Shown: positions 38,929 to 49,557 of the stretch, piece after piece
Layout: every line of letters starts with the position of its first letter
Position numbering within the stretch: position 1 is the first letter of the stretch
Assembly (NCBI GenBank): GCA_937864815.1
Contig: CALMJY010000238.1
Location: forward strand, 20,477 to 84,476
Source: an uncultured Bacteroidota bacterium
GTDB lineage: Bacteria; Bacteroidota; Bacteroidia; Bacteroidales; VadinHA17
DNA: 64,000 bases
Reading direction: 5' to 3'
The notes under the pieces: generated by a model
What the model saw: the letters and a program-made list of their open reading frames with translations, nothing else
Databases searched by the model: none
What the model was told of the DNA's origin: nothing
Translations under genes and position numbers: made by a program

Positions 38929-41549
38929 TTTGTCTCCTCTTTCTTAACTTTTGCATTAATTTCCGTAATCACATGGACAAAACCGGACAGATGGAACAGC
39001 TCAGTGCCAGAAATGCGTTTCTCATAGACATCACACTGATAAAAGTAAACACCAGGTGATACAATTTTACCATTATAAGTACCGTTCCATTCAATTTTTG
39101 GGTTATCGGTACTGAAAATTAATAATCCGGTCCTGTTGAACAGCTTGAAATCTATCTTTTCCACAAGCCCTGATGTCTTTGCAACAAGACGGTCATTAAT
39201 ATCATCTCCATTAGGGGTAAAAACATTTGGAATTTCATAGAAATTACATGAATCAATACAAACCATTACGGATTTTTCACCCTCATTACCTTTAAGGTCA
39301 AAAGTAGAAACAGCATAGCAGCCTGATATGACATCACCCGGAAAGTGTTTATAGGTGAAGATATTCGGGTCACCAATTTCGGTGATAAGTTCCATGTTTT
39401 CCTCTGCGGTTTGTTTGTAATAAATCCTGTAACCGGCTACATCTGCAAGGCACAATGGATCGGTTATAGCCCATGTAATGGTATTGTAAAGGCTGTCGCA
39501 TTGACTTGTAACATTAATTTCAGGTGTACACGGAGGTTCATTATCTTCAGGAGTAACACAAATCTTCTCAGAGAAATTCATCAGGTTTTTTGGTAAATCT
39601 TCAGTAAGATATCCACCGAATGATCTTATCATATAACAATACTCAAGTCCATTTTCCAGACCCTGGTCGCTATAATTCAGCTGATTGGTTGAGGCAATTG
39701 AATCAAATACCATTGTTGACTGATTCAACCTGTAAATGTCATAACGTGTATTAATCCATGGAACGTTTCTGGCCAAAGTGAGTTTGACCTTTTTGTCTCC
39801 GGGTGAAGCTGTAAGGTAAAGAGAAGAAGAATATGCAGGTTCACCTATGAGGAACCTGTTACCAGGGGCATTGTTCCATAATTCAACCCTGTATATATAA
39901 CCGGTAGCAACTGTATTAATCAGGGTATCTACCATTACTGTATCATTAAGGTCTGCAGTCAAAATAGAATTGATCTGGCTGTAGTTAGTCCCTCCTGTCC
40001 CAGCGGCTCTGAAAATCAGGTATTCATATGGCCCTGTTGCAGGTATTGTATCCAGCCGATCCGGTTTTTTCCATGATATAAAGATTGAGCCGTTTACCGG
40101 ATCTGTATTTCTTACACTTACATTACGGATAACAGGAACACCTGAAACAAGTGAAGAAGTGATCTCATTCGATGCTTTGCTCTCTGTACCATTGGGGTAA
40201 ACGGCAACTATCCTGTAGGTATATTCTATGCCGTACTGCAGCCCCAAACCGTTGTCACTGTCTGAAAATGATGTTGTTGAACTTCCTGTAATATATCCCA
40301 CTTTTGCAAATCCAAAGGAGAGTGGTACCCCCGAAGTACACGAGTCAGGATTGAATGTCGATGCTCCCTGTCTTCTGTAAATACTGAATCCAGCTATAAC
40401 ATCTGTACCATAATTATTCCAGGTCAGTTTTATCTGTTTGCCTTCAGGAACAGCATTAGTTAATATTGGAGGCGGACCAAGCACTTTTATTTTCATATTA
40501 TCAATATCTGATAACTTTACATCGCTGTTATGGTCATCAGATTTAAATATTACGTCATATGGCTGATTTCTCACCGCCTCGTGACATGGTATCCATCTGA
40601 ACCTTGAGGAGGCAAATCCTGCCACAGAATCAATTTTTGTAAATGTTGCAGGGCAACTTTTAATTGTAAATATTCCGGAGGTAGATTTTAGTGTCAGAAA
40701 ATCATTGTTTTCATCGGTTGCAGAAAAGATAAAATCAACAGTATCTCCGACTTCAACGCAATAATCTCTGAGAGCACTGTTAACAGGAGGCTTATTATCA
40801 GTACTGTATACCTCAATCTGCATATCCCTGACAACTATACCTATTTTCTTGCCATTTCTCCATTCCTGTATTTCCATCGCTACATTGAATACACCTGTAT
40901 CGGCAGGAGTGTCCCATATAAGATCCCCGCTTATTGAATCTACCCTGAGTGAATGTGTGGCAGGAGGAAAAGTGTAGTTTTCTATTGGTCTTCCATCCTC
41001 ACGGGTACATACTGTAAGCTTATATGAAAGACTGTCGCCATCGGGATCATAGGCAGCAGGATTATGAATAAAAACATACCCGTAAGCAGCCTTATCATAA
41101 GGAGGATTAAGCAAGACAGGAGTACTGTTTCTCCCCATTGAGGGGTTAACAGTAAGTATGGTGGAAATTGAAAATACCACATTGACTGAATTCGGAATAT
41201 TTTTCACACCGGCGTTCCTGTTTGGGTCCTGAACAACTATTTTATATATCCCAGGACCCGGATATGTATGATTTATTTTGTAAATATTCCTCTTATAGAA
41301 ATTTGGAAGAGTCAGCTGGCTTTCTCTTTTAGCAGTTGATGTTGAATTATCTCCCCATTCAACATCAAGTGTTGGCCGGTCGGCAAAGCTCAGTGTATAA
41401 GTGAATGTGGTAATCGTAATTTCATATGTAAGATCAGAAAGTTGAACATATGTGATCTCACCAGCCCTGTTATGAGTTGCAAACAGGTCAGCCACAAACA
41501 AGGGCAGCAGCAACAGCGCAAATAGTACTTTTAATAATATCGTCTTCAC
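38925..41549 (-). CDS. large surface protein with T9SS type-B (CHU_C) C-terminal sorting domain
   Basis: Signal peptide and N-terminal HNRAGEITY module. Cadherin/PKD/Fn3-like repeats (AYDPDGDSLSYKL). C-terminal IPNVFTPNGDDINDRL...WNGTYNGKIVSPGVYFY. Confidence 0.8.
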   Translation of the reverse strand: MKTILLKVLFALLLLPLFVADLFATHNRAGEITYVQLSDLTYEITITTFTYTLSFADRPTLDVEWGDNSTSTAKRESQLTLPNFYKRNIYKINHTYPGPGIYKIVVQDPNRNAGVKNIPNSVNVVFSISTILTVNPSMGRNSTPVLLNPPYDKAAYGYVFIHNPAAYDPDGDSLSYKLTVCTREDGRPIENYTFPPATHSLRVDSISGDLIWDTPADTGVFNVAMEIQEWRNGKKIGIVVRDMQIEVYSTDNKPPVNSALRDYCVEVGDTVDFIFSATDENNDFLTLKSTSGIFTIKSCPATFTKIDSVAGFASSRFRWIPCHEAVRNQPYDVIFKSDDHNSDVKLSDIDNMKIKVLGPPPILTNAVPEGKQIKLTWNNYGTDVIAGFSIYRRQGASTFNPDSCTSGVPLSFGFAKVGYITGSSTTSFSDSDNGLGLQYGIEYTYRIVAVYPNGTESKASNEITSSLVSGVPVIRNVSVRNTDPVNGSIFISWKKPDRLDTIPATGPYEYLIFRAAGTGGTNYSQINSILTADLNDTVMVDTLINTVATGYIYRVELWNNAPGNRFLIGEPAYSSSLYLTASPGDKKVKLTLARNVPWINTRYDIYRLNQSTMVFDSIASTNQLNYSDQGLENGLEYCYMIRSFGGYLTEDLPKNLMNFSEKICVTPEDNEPPCTPEINVTSQCDSLYNTITWAITDPLCLADVAGYRIYYKQTAEENMELITEIGDPNIFTYKHFPGDVISGCYAVSTFDLKGNEGEKSVMVCIDSCNFYEIPNVFTPNGDDINDRLVAKTSGLVEKIDFKLFNRTGLLIFSTDNPKIEWNGTYNGKIVSPGVYFYQCDVYEKRISGTELFHLSGFVHVITEINAKVKKEETK

Positions 41550-41553
41550 TCTT

Positions 41554-42033
41554 CTACTTTATTTTAAAAGTCTGCCCGGTTTTCTCCGGTGTCAGTTTAA
41601 CTCCCTCTTCAAAGTTTCCAACCTTAATAATTATCAGGTTTGACTGATCGTTATACAAACCTGTCATAATCAGATTACTGACAGTTAATAACCCTGGTTT
41701 TTTCGATGTTATGTAATTAATTCCCAGCTTAACTTCATTTTCAACAATCTCAAGATCATAAAGTTTACCGTCAAGCTGTTTTTTGTTTACCTTAATTATC
41801 AATCTTTTATTTATATATCGTTCCATAACTTCTTTCGAATCCTGAGAGCCGGAATTGAAAAAATCTATTCCCCTGTTTTCACCGCTCATCGACAGATCAA
41901 GAAGAAAATCATCATAATACATCCTTAAAAACACTTTCAAAGAATCATTTTCCGGAACATAATCAATGCTTGTCATTGTAAGATGGACCGGATGAAGAAT
42001 TAAACAGAGTGATACTACAAGGCTTTTAAACAT
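41554..42033 (-). CDS. small secreted hypothetical protein (possibly DUF6702-like)
   Basis: 159 aa. HPVHLTMTSIDYVPENDSLKVFLRMYYDDFLLDL resembles, from memory, a Bacteroidota DUF beginning HP.H.S...I.Y. This is not verified. Confidence 0.45.
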   Translation of the reverse strand: MFKSLVVSLCLILHPVHLTMTSIDYVPENDSLKVFLRMYYDDFLLDLSMSGENRGIDFFNSGSQDSKEVMERYINKRLIIKVNKKQLDGKLYDLEIVENEVKLGINYITSKKPGLLTVSNLIMTGLYNDQSNLIIIKVGNFEEGVKLTPEKTGQTFKIK

Positions 42034-42081
42034 TCTTCCAGCAATAAGGCCCTAGTAAGGTTACAAAAATCAGACCATTTA

Positions 42082-43515
42082 TTATAATTCCTCGATATTT
42101 ACACGATCTTTAAGGTATGAGACCGATCCAACCTCAATAAATGAAAAACCTGACCCTGCAGTAAAATTACCTGCCAGAACTACAACGATATCATCACCCT
42201 TTAAATTGTGAGTCTTTAAAAGATTTTTAAGGGCTATCTGTATAAAATCGTCTACGGATTTCCTGCTTTCCTGATACCCGGCATAAACTCCGTAGGACAA
42301 GGCTAACTCTCTCATAGTTCTTTGCAGATAGCATTGTGCAAGAATCAGGTTAACGCCCCTGTATGCAGCCATGTCCTTTATGGTTCTGCCCATTGTGGTA
42401 TCGGCAATTATTCCCTTTGCACCAATCCTGAAGGCTGTTTTTACAGCAACTTTTGCAAGATATGCCGATATTTCACCGGTTGCATTCAGATAAGGTATAT
42501 CCAAAAACTTTTCTTTATTACGTTCCACTTCAAGGGCAACTTTTGCCATTGTTTTTACTGCTTCAACAGGATATTTCCCATTGGCGGTTTCTCCACTCAG
42601 CATAATTGCATCTGTCTGTGAATAAATAGCATTGGCAATATCACTTACCTCTGCACGGGTTGGCCTCGGATTCCTGATCATGGAATGAAGCATCTGGGTA
42701 GCAACTATAACCGGTTTCCTGTTTATAATACATTTATTAATAATCATTTTCTGAATAACAGGAATTTTTTCGTATGGTACCTCAATTGCCAGATCCCCTC
42801 TGGCTACCATTACTCCGTAAACATGATCCAGAATATCATCAATATTGTCAACTCCCTCCTGGTTTTCAATCTTGGCAATTATTTTTATATCACTTTTATA
42901 GGAATCAAGGACTTCCTGAACATCCAGAACATCCTGCCTGGACCGTACAAAAGAGTGTGCAATGAAATCAACATCATTTCCGGCGGCCATTTTAAGAAAT
43001 GCCCTGTCCTTTTCAGTAAGAGAAGGTAGATTAATCCTTGCTCCGGGTACATTGACGCTTTTCCTCGATCCCAGAACACCATCATTTTCGATGTAACATT
43101 CAAGCTCTATACCATTTTTCCTGACGGCTTTGAGTTCAATTTCACCATCATCAATAAGAATTACTGTCCCCGGTGCCACATCGGAAACAAATTGCGGATA
43201 GCTCACATAGATTGCTTCAGAGGATGTTTTCCTTTCAGGATTGCCAATAATTAGGATTTTATCGCCTTTCTTAAGTTGCACAGGTTCATCGCATGCTGTT
43301 GTACGAATCTCGGGTCCTTTTGTATCAACAAGTATTGCGATCCTGTCAGAAACCTTCCTCACATTTCCAATCATCATTAATGCTGCATCCGGCGTTACAT
43401 GGGCAGAATTAATCCTTACAACATCCATTCCTGCCTCAAAGAGCTGACTGATAAAATCAGGTTCACAGTTTTTGTCTGATAATGTTGCTACTATCTTGGT
43501 TCTTTTCTTATTCAT
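42082..43515 (-). CDS. pyk: pyruvate kinase
   Basis: KIVATLS..., MDVVRINSAH, DTKGPEIR, MVARGDLAIEVP, ATQMLHSM. Length is 477 aa. Confidence 0.93.
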   Translation of the reverse strand: MNKKRTKIVATLSDKNCEPDFISQLFEAGMDVVRINSAHVTPDAALMMIGNVRKVSDRIAILVDTKGPEIRTTACDEPVQLKKGDKILIIGNPERKTSSEAIYVSYPQFVSDVAPGTVILIDDGEIELKAVRKNGIELECYIENDGVLGSRKSVNVPGARINLPSLTEKDRAFLKMAAGNDVDFIAHSFVRSRQDVLDVQEVLDSYKSDIKIIAKIENQEGVDNIDDILDHVYGVMVARGDLAIEVPYEKIPVIQKMIINKCIINRKPVIVATQMLHSMIRNPRPTRAEVSDIANAIYSQTDAIMLSGETANGKYPVEAVKTMAKVALEVERNKEKFLDIPYLNATGEISAYLAKVAVKTAFRIGAKGIIADTTMGRTIKDMAAYRGVNLILAQCYLQRTMRELALSYGVYAGYQESRKSVDDFIQIALKNLLKTHNLKGDDIVVVLAGNFTAGSGFSFIEVGSVSYLKDRVNIEEL

Positions 43516-43955
43516 TTACTGTCATGTTTTGATTTATAATACTCTGTAAGTGCTTCAACTCCAAGCCTGTAACTGTCAAGTCCAAATCCCGAAATTGTAC
43601 CTTTGCATACTGCTGATATAATACTTTTATGTCTGAACTCCTCCCGTGCAAAAATATTAGTGATATGTACTTCAATTACAGGAGTCTTCACCGAAGCTAT
43701 GGCATCATGAATTGCTACAGAAGTATGAGTATAACCACCGGCATTAAGAATAATACCATCCGAAGATAAGTCTGACTGATGAATAGTACTTATAATCTCA
43801 CCCTCTATATTTGACTGAAAATACTCAAAAGAGATCCCCGGAAACCTGTCAACAAGCAATCTGATATATTCCTCGAATGATGAATGTCCGTACTTTTCCG
43901 GTTCTCTTTTTCCCAGAAGATTCAGGTTAGGACCGTTTATTATTTTTATTTTCAT
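43512..43955 (-). CDS. aroQ: type II 3-dehydroquinate dehydratase
   Basis: MKIKIINGPNLNLLGKREPEKYG...QSNIEGEII...NAGGYTHTSVAIHDA...EVHITNI. Confidence 0.93.
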   Translation of the reverse strand: MKIKIINGPNLNLLGKREPEKYGHSSFEEYIRLLVDRFPGISFEYFQSNIEGEIISTIHQSDLSSDGIILNAGGYTHTSVAIHDAIASVKTPVIEVHITNIFAREEFRHKSIISAVCKGTISGFGLDSYRLGVEALTEYYKSKHDSK

Positions 43956-43982
43956 CTGATATTGAGTTTTTTACAGAAACAC

Positions 43983-43990
43983 CAAATGTA
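43983..43990 (-). promoter_or_regulatory. Bacteroidota -7 box (TACATTTG on minus strand) for aroQ-pyk operon
   Basis: Exact TAnnTTTG match, 27 nt upstream of the aroQ ATG. Confidence 0.5.
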
Positions 43991-44075
43991 TTACAGATCA
44001 AATTAAAAGGGTAAAAATAGACAAAAAATTGTTATACTTTTATGACTCTTTAATTTATCTACTCAGCAGAATACA

Positions 44076-44975
44076 ATGAGCCTCACATGGCAACAGTCGT
44101 TAAGAAATTTTGAGACCTATTTAAGGCTTGAAAAATCATTGTCTGAAAACAGTGTTGAAGCATATATTAATGATGTAAAAAAGCTTGAGCGGTTCATAGA
44201 GGAATCGGGGAAAAAAATCTCCCCGGTATCTGTAGGATACTCTGATCTTAAGGATTTCCTTGGATGGTATGGTGAGGAGAGCAGCAATCCCAGAACCCAG
44301 TCAAGAGTTCTGTCGGGCATAAGGGCATTCTATAAATTCCTGCTGATCGAAGGTGAAACAGATGATAATCCCGCATCCCTTATTGAATCGCCAAAAACAG
44401 GATTGAAACTGCCTCAGGTTCTGTCGGTTGCGGAAATAGACAGGATAATTGATGCTATTGATCTCAGCAAACCTGAAGGCCACAGGAACAAAGCAATTAT
44501 AGAAACTCTGTATGGTTGTGGTTTGCGTGTTTCCGAACTTGTAAATCTTCATCTGACAGATATTCATTATGGTGAGGGATTTGTAATTGTTACAGGGAAG
44601 GGGAACAAGCAGAGGCTGGTACCTATAAGTGGTAAGGCACTAAAGGAGATAGAGATATACAGAGCAGACAGGAATCATCTGTCTGTTATCCATGATGAGA
44701 ATATAATTTTTCTGAACAGAAGAGGCAGAAAGCTGACAAGAGCTATGATCTTCACAATTATAAAAAACCTTGCCGCAAGAGCAGGAATAAGGAAGAAAAT
44801 AAGCCCTCACACCTTCAGGCATTCATTTGCAACACATATGGTCGAAGCAGGTGCTGATCTCAGAGCTGTGCAGGAGATGCTTGGACATGAATCGATACTC
44901 ACAACTGAGATTTACACCCACATTGACAGGAGTTTTCTGAGGGATACCCTGATTATGTTTCATCCAAGATCCTGA
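44076..44975 (+). CDS. xerD: site-specific tyrosine recombinase XerD
   Basis: SAM-like N-terminal domain and catalytic C-terminus ...PHTFRHSFATHMVEAGADLRAVQEMLGHESILTTEIYTH. Confidence 0.88.
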   Translation: MSLTWQQSLRNFETYLRLEKSLSENSVEAYINDVKKLERFIEESGKKISPVSVGYSDLKDFLGWYGEESSNPRTQSRVLSGIRAFYKFLLIEGETDDNPASLIESPKTGLKLPQVLSVAEIDRIIDAIDLSKPEGHRNKAIIETLYGCGLRVSELVNLHLTDIHYGEGFVIVTGKGNKQRLVPISGKALKEIEIYRADRNHLSVIHDENIIFLNRRGRKLTRAMIFTIIKNLAARAGIRKKISPHTFRHSFATHMVEAGADLRAVQEMLGHESILTTEIYTHIDRSFLRDTLIMFHPRS

Positions 44976-45012
44976 AAGCCTCCAGATGGTTTTATAAATC
45001 CGATTTTTATTA

Positions 45013-45020
45013 TAACTTTG
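45013..45020 (+). promoter_or_regulatory. Bacteroidota -7 box (TAACTTTG) for ppdK
   Basis: Exact TAnnTTTG match, 49 nt upstream of the ATG at 45070. Confidence 0.5.
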
Positions 45021-45069
45021 CGCCTGATTTTCAAAAACTATACATTAATTATCTCAAATCAATAACATT

Positions 45070-47796
45070 ATGTCAAAAGTTAAAAGAGTTTACTCCTTTG
45101 GAAAAAAGACTGCAGAAGGTAAGGCTGACATGAAAAACCTCCTCGGAGGTAAGGGTGCCAACCTTGCAGAAATGTGCCTTCTTGGCTTACCCGTTCCTGC
45201 CGGTTTCACAATCACTACCGAAGCCTGCAATGAGTATTATAAAAATGATTGTACTCTTCATCCTGATCTCATGCCTGAGGTTTGGACTGCAATGAAGAAA
45301 ACAGAAGAGGCAATGAATATGAAATATGGCGATCCTGAGAACGCCCTGCTTGTTTCATGCCGGTCAGGTGCAAGAAGCTCAATGCCAGGTATGATGGACA
45401 CAGTACTTAATATCGGTCTGTGTTCTGCAACAATCCCCGGTTTTCTCAAGAAGACCAACAATCCACGATTTGTATGGGACTCATATCGTCGTCTCATTAT
45501 GATGTATGCTGACGTAGTTATGGAAAAGGCAGAAGGTCTCGAACTTGGTGAAGGCAAGGGTATCCGCAAGCAGCTTGATGAGAAACTTGATGAATTCAAA
45601 CACAAAAAAGGATATAAGTCAGATACAGAAATCTCAGCTGATGAGCTCAAACAGCTTGCTGAAGAGTTTAAGGTAATTGTAAAGAAAGTTATCGGTAAAC
45701 CTTTCCCTGATGATGCAAAAGAACAGCTCGAGGGAAGTATCAAAGCAGTATTTAAAAGCTGGAATGGAAAGAAAGCCGTTTCCTATCGTCGTATCGAAGG
45801 TATTCCCGATGACTGGGGTACAGCTGTTAACGTACAGGCAATGGTATTCGGAAATATGGGTGACACTTCTGCAACAGGTGTTGCATTCACCCGTAACCCT
45901 GCAACAGGTGAAAACCTCTTTTATGGTGAGTGGCTTGTAAATGCACAGGGTGAAGATGTGGTTGCAGGTATTCGTACCCCCAGCCCTCTCAATGACGATA
46001 CAAAAAACGATCAGAACAAGCATCTCCACAGTATGCAGGAAGCGATGCCGGGTACCTATAAGGAATTATGGGATATCCGTAATATTCTTGAGAAGTCCTT
46101 CCATGATATGCTTGATATTGAATTCACAATTCAGGAAGGTGTTCTTTATATGTTACAGTGCCGCGCCGGAAAAAGAACCGGTACAGCTGCTCTGAACATG
46201 GCAATGGATATGCTTCATGAAAAGCTTATTGACGAAAAAACTGCAGTTCTGCGTGTTGATCCTGCCCAGCTTGATGAACTTCTTCATCCTATCTGCGATC
46301 CCGCAGTTGAAAAGAAGCACACAGCTGCAGTGAAAGGCCTTCCTGCCGGCCCGGGAGCTGCTGTTGGAAGAGTTGTCTTCAATGCTGAAGATGCAGTTGC
46401 ATGGTTCCGCAAGGGTGAAAAAGTAATTCTCCTTCGTGAAGAGACAAACCCTGAAGATGTTGAAGGTATGCGTGCTGCTGAAGGTATTCTTACCGCACGC
46501 GGTGGTATGACTTCACACGCTGCTCTTGTTGCCCGCGGCTGGGGTAAATGCTGTATCGTAGGTGCCGGTGCACTTCATGTTGACGCTGCAAAGAAAATAT
46601 GCAAAATATCAGGTTCGGATACAGTTATTAAGGAGGGAGATTATCTTACTCTTAACGGAACAAAAGGATTCGTATATCTTGGCGCTCTAACACTAATGGA
46701 TGCTTCTGAGAATCCCAGGTTCAAGGAGTTTATGTCAATAGTTGACAAATATCGTAAAATGGGTGTCCGCACAAATGCTGAGACCCCTGAAGATGCTATT
46801 GTTGCACGTAACTACGGTGCTGAAGGTATTGGGCTTTTCCGTACAGAGCATATGTTCTACGGAAAAGGATCTGAACAGCCTCTGTTCCTGCTCCGTAAAA
46901 TGATTCTCAGCGCTAATGAAACAGAACGCCGCAAAGCTCTTGATGAACTGTTCTCATTCGTTAAGAAAGATATGAAAGCCACTATGGCTGCCATGGACGG
47001 ACTGCCAGTTACATTCAGGCTTCTCGATCCGCCACTTCATGAATTCGTTCCCCAGGGAGCTGAAAAACAGGAAGAGCTTGCCAAGGCACTCGGAATTAAG
47101 AAAGAGGACGTTGCAAAACGCGGCGAAGCTCTGCATGAATCAAACCCTATGATGGGACATCGCGGAGTACGTCTTGGTATTACTTTCCCTGAGGTTACAG
47201 AAATGCAGATCAGGGCAATGCTCGAGTCTTCAATTGAACTTGTTAAAGAAGGAAAGAAACCTTATCCTGAATTAATGGTTCCAGTTACATGCGAGGTTGC
47301 AGAACTTGACTTCACTAAAAAAGTATATGATAAAATTTATGCAGATGTATGCAATAAATTTGGTGTAAAGGAGATCTCCTGCAAATATGGAACAATGATT
47401 GAAATTCCACGTGCATGTCTTCTCGCCGACCGTATGGCAAAAACCTCTGAGTTCTTCTCATTCGGCACAAACGACCTTACACAGATGACTTTTGGTTTCA
47501 GCCGTGATGATACCGGAGGATTCCTTCATGATTATCTTGACAAGAAGATTCTTGCATCTGATCCGTTCCAGACAATTGATCAGGACGGCGTCGGACAGCT
47601 TATCAAGATGGCAGTTGAGAAAGGTCGTGCTACAAGACCGGATCTTAAAGTTGGTATTTGTGGTGAACAGGGTGGTGATCCTGCTTCTGTTGAATTCTGC
47701 TTCAAGGCAGGTTTAACTTATGTAAGCTGTTCTCCGTTCAGGGTTCCGATCGCAAGACTGGCTGCAGCTCAGGCATCTATAAAATATGGTAAATAG
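45070..47796 (+). CDS. ppdK: pyruvate, phosphate dikinase
   Basis: 908 aa. N-terminal LLGGKGANLAEM, phosphohistidine motif GGMTSHAALVARGWGK, and a C-terminal PEP-utilising TIM barrel (GICGEQGGDP). Confidence 0.95.
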   Translation: MSKVKRVYSFGKKTAEGKADMKNLLGGKGANLAEMCLLGLPVPAGFTITTEACNEYYKNDCTLHPDLMPEVWTAMKKTEEAMNMKYGDPENALLVSCRSGARSSMPGMMDTVLNIGLCSATIPGFLKKTNNPRFVWDSYRRLIMMYADVVMEKAEGLELGEGKGIRKQLDEKLDEFKHKKGYKSDTEISADELKQLAEEFKVIVKKVIGKPFPDDAKEQLEGSIKAVFKSWNGKKAVSYRRIEGIPDDWGTAVNVQAMVFGNMGDTSATGVAFTRNPATGENLFYGEWLVNAQGEDVVAGIRTPSPLNDDTKNDQNKHLHSMQEAMPGTYKELWDIRNILEKSFHDMLDIEFTIQEGVLYMLQCRAGKRTGTAALNMAMDMLHEKLIDEKTAVLRVDPAQLDELLHPICDPAVEKKHTAAVKGLPAGPGAAVGRVVFNAEDAVAWFRKGEKVILLREETNPEDVEGMRAAEGILTARGGMTSHAALVARGWGKCCIVGAGALHVDAAKKICKISGSDTVIKEGDYLTLNGTKGFVYLGALTLMDASENPRFKEFMSIVDKYRKMGVRTNAETPEDAIVARNYGAEGIGLFRTEHMFYGKGSEQPLFLLRKMILSANETERRKALDELFSFVKKDMKATMAAMDGLPVTFRLLDPPLHEFVPQGAEKQEELAKALGIKKEDVAKRGEALHESNPMMGHRGVRLGITFPEVTEMQIRAMLESSIELVKEGKKPYPELMVPVTCEVAELDFTKKVYDKIYADVCNKFGVKEISCKYGTMIEIPRACLLADRMAKTSEFFSFGTNDLTQMTFGFSRDDTGGFLHDYLDKKILASDPFQTIDQDGVGQLIKMAVEKGRATRPDLKVGICGEQGGDPASVEFCFKAGLTYVSCSPFRVPIARLAAAQASIKYGK

Positions 47797-47811
47797 CAAG
47801 CCTATAATAGC

Positions 47812-47841
47812 AAAGGGGCTTTAACGAGCCCCTTTTTTTTT
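47812..47841 (+). terminator. intrinsic terminator after ppdK
   Basis: Stem GGGGCT/AGCCCC with a 6-nt loop, followed by a 9-T run. Confidence 0.8.
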
Positions 47842-47884
47842 CCTCATATTAATCATTAAAAACTTTACTTTCAGTTTATTGTTT

Positions 47885-47892
47885 TACTTTTG
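47885..47892 (+). promoter_or_regulatory. Bacteroidota -7 box (TACTTTTG) for pckA
   Basis: Exact TAnnTTTG match, 30 nt upstream of the ATG at 47923. Confidence 0.5.
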
Positions 47893-47922
47893 ACCATAGT
47901 CCATTAATCAAAAGCTTCAGCT

Positions 47923-49542
47923 ATGATTAAACCACCTGACCTGATAAAGTATGGTATCACCAATGTCGCGGAGGTCCTCTACAATCCATCCTACAATACA
48001 CTTTTTGCCGAAGAGACAAAGCCGGGTCTAAGCAAACTTGAAAGAGGAATAATTACAAAAAATGGAGCCATAGCAGTGGATACAGGTGTTTTCACCGGCA
48101 GATCACCAAAGGACAAATATGTTGTATTTGATGAAAAAACAAAGGATACCGTCTGGTGGAGGTCCGAAAAGGCAAAGGTATCAGATAACAAACCGATATC
48201 ACAGGAAATCTGGACGCATTGCAGGAATATAGCATCAAAACAGCTTTCAGGAAAAAGGTTGTTTGTGGTTGACGGATATTGCGGAGCAAATGATAATTCG
48301 AGGTTACGGGTAAGATTTGTAATGGAGGTTGCCTGGCAGGCCCATTTTGTAAAAAATATGTTTATAAGGCCTGAGCATGAAGAACTTGAAAATTTTGAGC
48401 CCGATTTTGTGGTGATAAATGCTTCAAAGGCAACTAATCCGGACTGGCAGGAACAGGGACTGAATTCAGAAAACTTTATCATTTTCAACCTTACCGAGAA
48501 AATGCTTGTAATAGGCGGTACCTGGTATGGAGGGGAAATGAAAAAAGGGATATTCTGCCTTATGAATTACTACCTTCCGTTAAAAGGAATTGCTTCAATG
48601 CATTGCTCTGCAAATGTGGGTAAGGATGGCGATACAGCAATATTTTTTGGTTTGTCAGGGACTGGAAAAACAACCCTGTCGACCGATCCTGGCAGGGCCC
48701 TTATCGGAGATGACGAGCATGGATGGGATGATGAAGGTGTTTTTAACTACGAAGGTGGATGTTATGCCAAATGTGTAAAACTGAGCAAAGAAAAGGAACC
48801 TGGTATCTATAATGCCATCAGGAGGGATGCCCTTCTTGAAAACCTTGTAATCAGGGATGACGGATCTATTGACTTCAATGATACCTCAAAGACTGAAAAT
48901 ACCAGGGTCTCATATCCTCTCTATCATATTGAGAATATAGTTAAACCTGTATCCAGGGCAGGACATGCCAAAAAAGTAATCTTCCTTACCGCTGATGCTT
49001 TTGGTGTGCTGCCTCCTGTAAGCAGGCTTTCTGTGGAGCAGACGAAATATTTCTTTCTGAGCGGGTATACCGCAAAAGTAGCTGGTACTGAACGGGGAAT
49101 ACTTGAACCTGTACCTTCATTTTCAACCTGTTTTGGAGGTACATTTCTGATGCTGGATCCAATGGTGTACGCCAATGAACTTACCCGTAAAATGAACTTA
49201 AGTAATGCTGAAGCCTGGCTGGTTAACACCGGATGGATGGGAGGTCCCTACGGCACCGGAAGCAGAATTGAACTTTCAATAACAAGGAAAATCATCAATT
49301 CAATACTGGACGGTTCAATTCAGAAAAGCAAATTCAGCCAGATTCCTGTTTTCAGACTCAGTTTCCCCGAACATATTGAAGGTGTTGATGATAACATTCT
49401 CAATCCTTCACTCACATGGGAATCGACTGTAAAATGGAATATTGCAGCTAAAGACCTGGCTCTCAAGTTCATAAACAATTTCACTAAATTTACTGTGAAT
49501 AAGGAATCAGCTATTCTTATTGAGCATGGTCCGATAATTTAA
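47923..49542 (+). CDS. pckA: phosphoenolpyruvate carboxykinase (ATP)
   Basis: TGRSPKDKY, kinase-1a loop [13 protein letters not shown], and IGDDEHGW. Confidence 0.95.
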   Translation: MIKPPDLIKYGITNVAEVLYNPSYNTLFAEETKPGLSKLERGIITKNGAIAVDTGVFTGRSPKDKYVVFDEKTKDTVWWRSEKAKVSDNKPISQEIWTHCRNIASKQLSGKRLFVVDGYCGANDNSRLRVRFVMEVAWQAHFVKNMFIRPEHEELENFEPDFVVINASKATNPDWQEQGLNSENFIIFNLTEKMLVIGGTWYGGEMKKGIFCLMNYYLPLKGIASMHCSANVGKDGDTAIFFGLSGTGKTTLSTDPGRALIGDDEHGWDDEGVFNYEGGCYAKCVKLSKEKEPGIYNAIRRDALLENLVIRDDGSIDFNDTSKTENTRVSYPLYHIENIVKPVSRAGHAKKVIFLTADAFGVLPPVSRLSVEQTKYFFLSGYTAKVAGTERGILEPVPSFSTCFGGTFLMLDPMVYANELTRKMNLSNAEAWLVNTGWMGGPYGTGSRIELSITRKIINSILDGSIQKSKFSQIPVFRLSFPEHIEGVDDNILNPSLTWESTVKWNIAAKDLALKFINNFTKFTVNKESAILIEHGPII

Positions 49543-49557
49543 CACATCCTTTTTTGT

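Noticed and set aside
44076-44975. Tyrosine recombinase as a marker of an integrated mobile element
   Set aside because: Its sequence and length match chromosomal XerD. The flanking genes are core metabolism (aroQ-pyk, ppdK), and there are no flanking repeats or cargo genes.
45258-46195. 161-aa, 131-aa and smaller ORFs overlapping ppdK
   Set aside because: They are shadow frames of a highly conserved, full-length ppdK.
47991-48488. 165-aa minus-strand ORF
   Set aside because: It is antisense to pckA.
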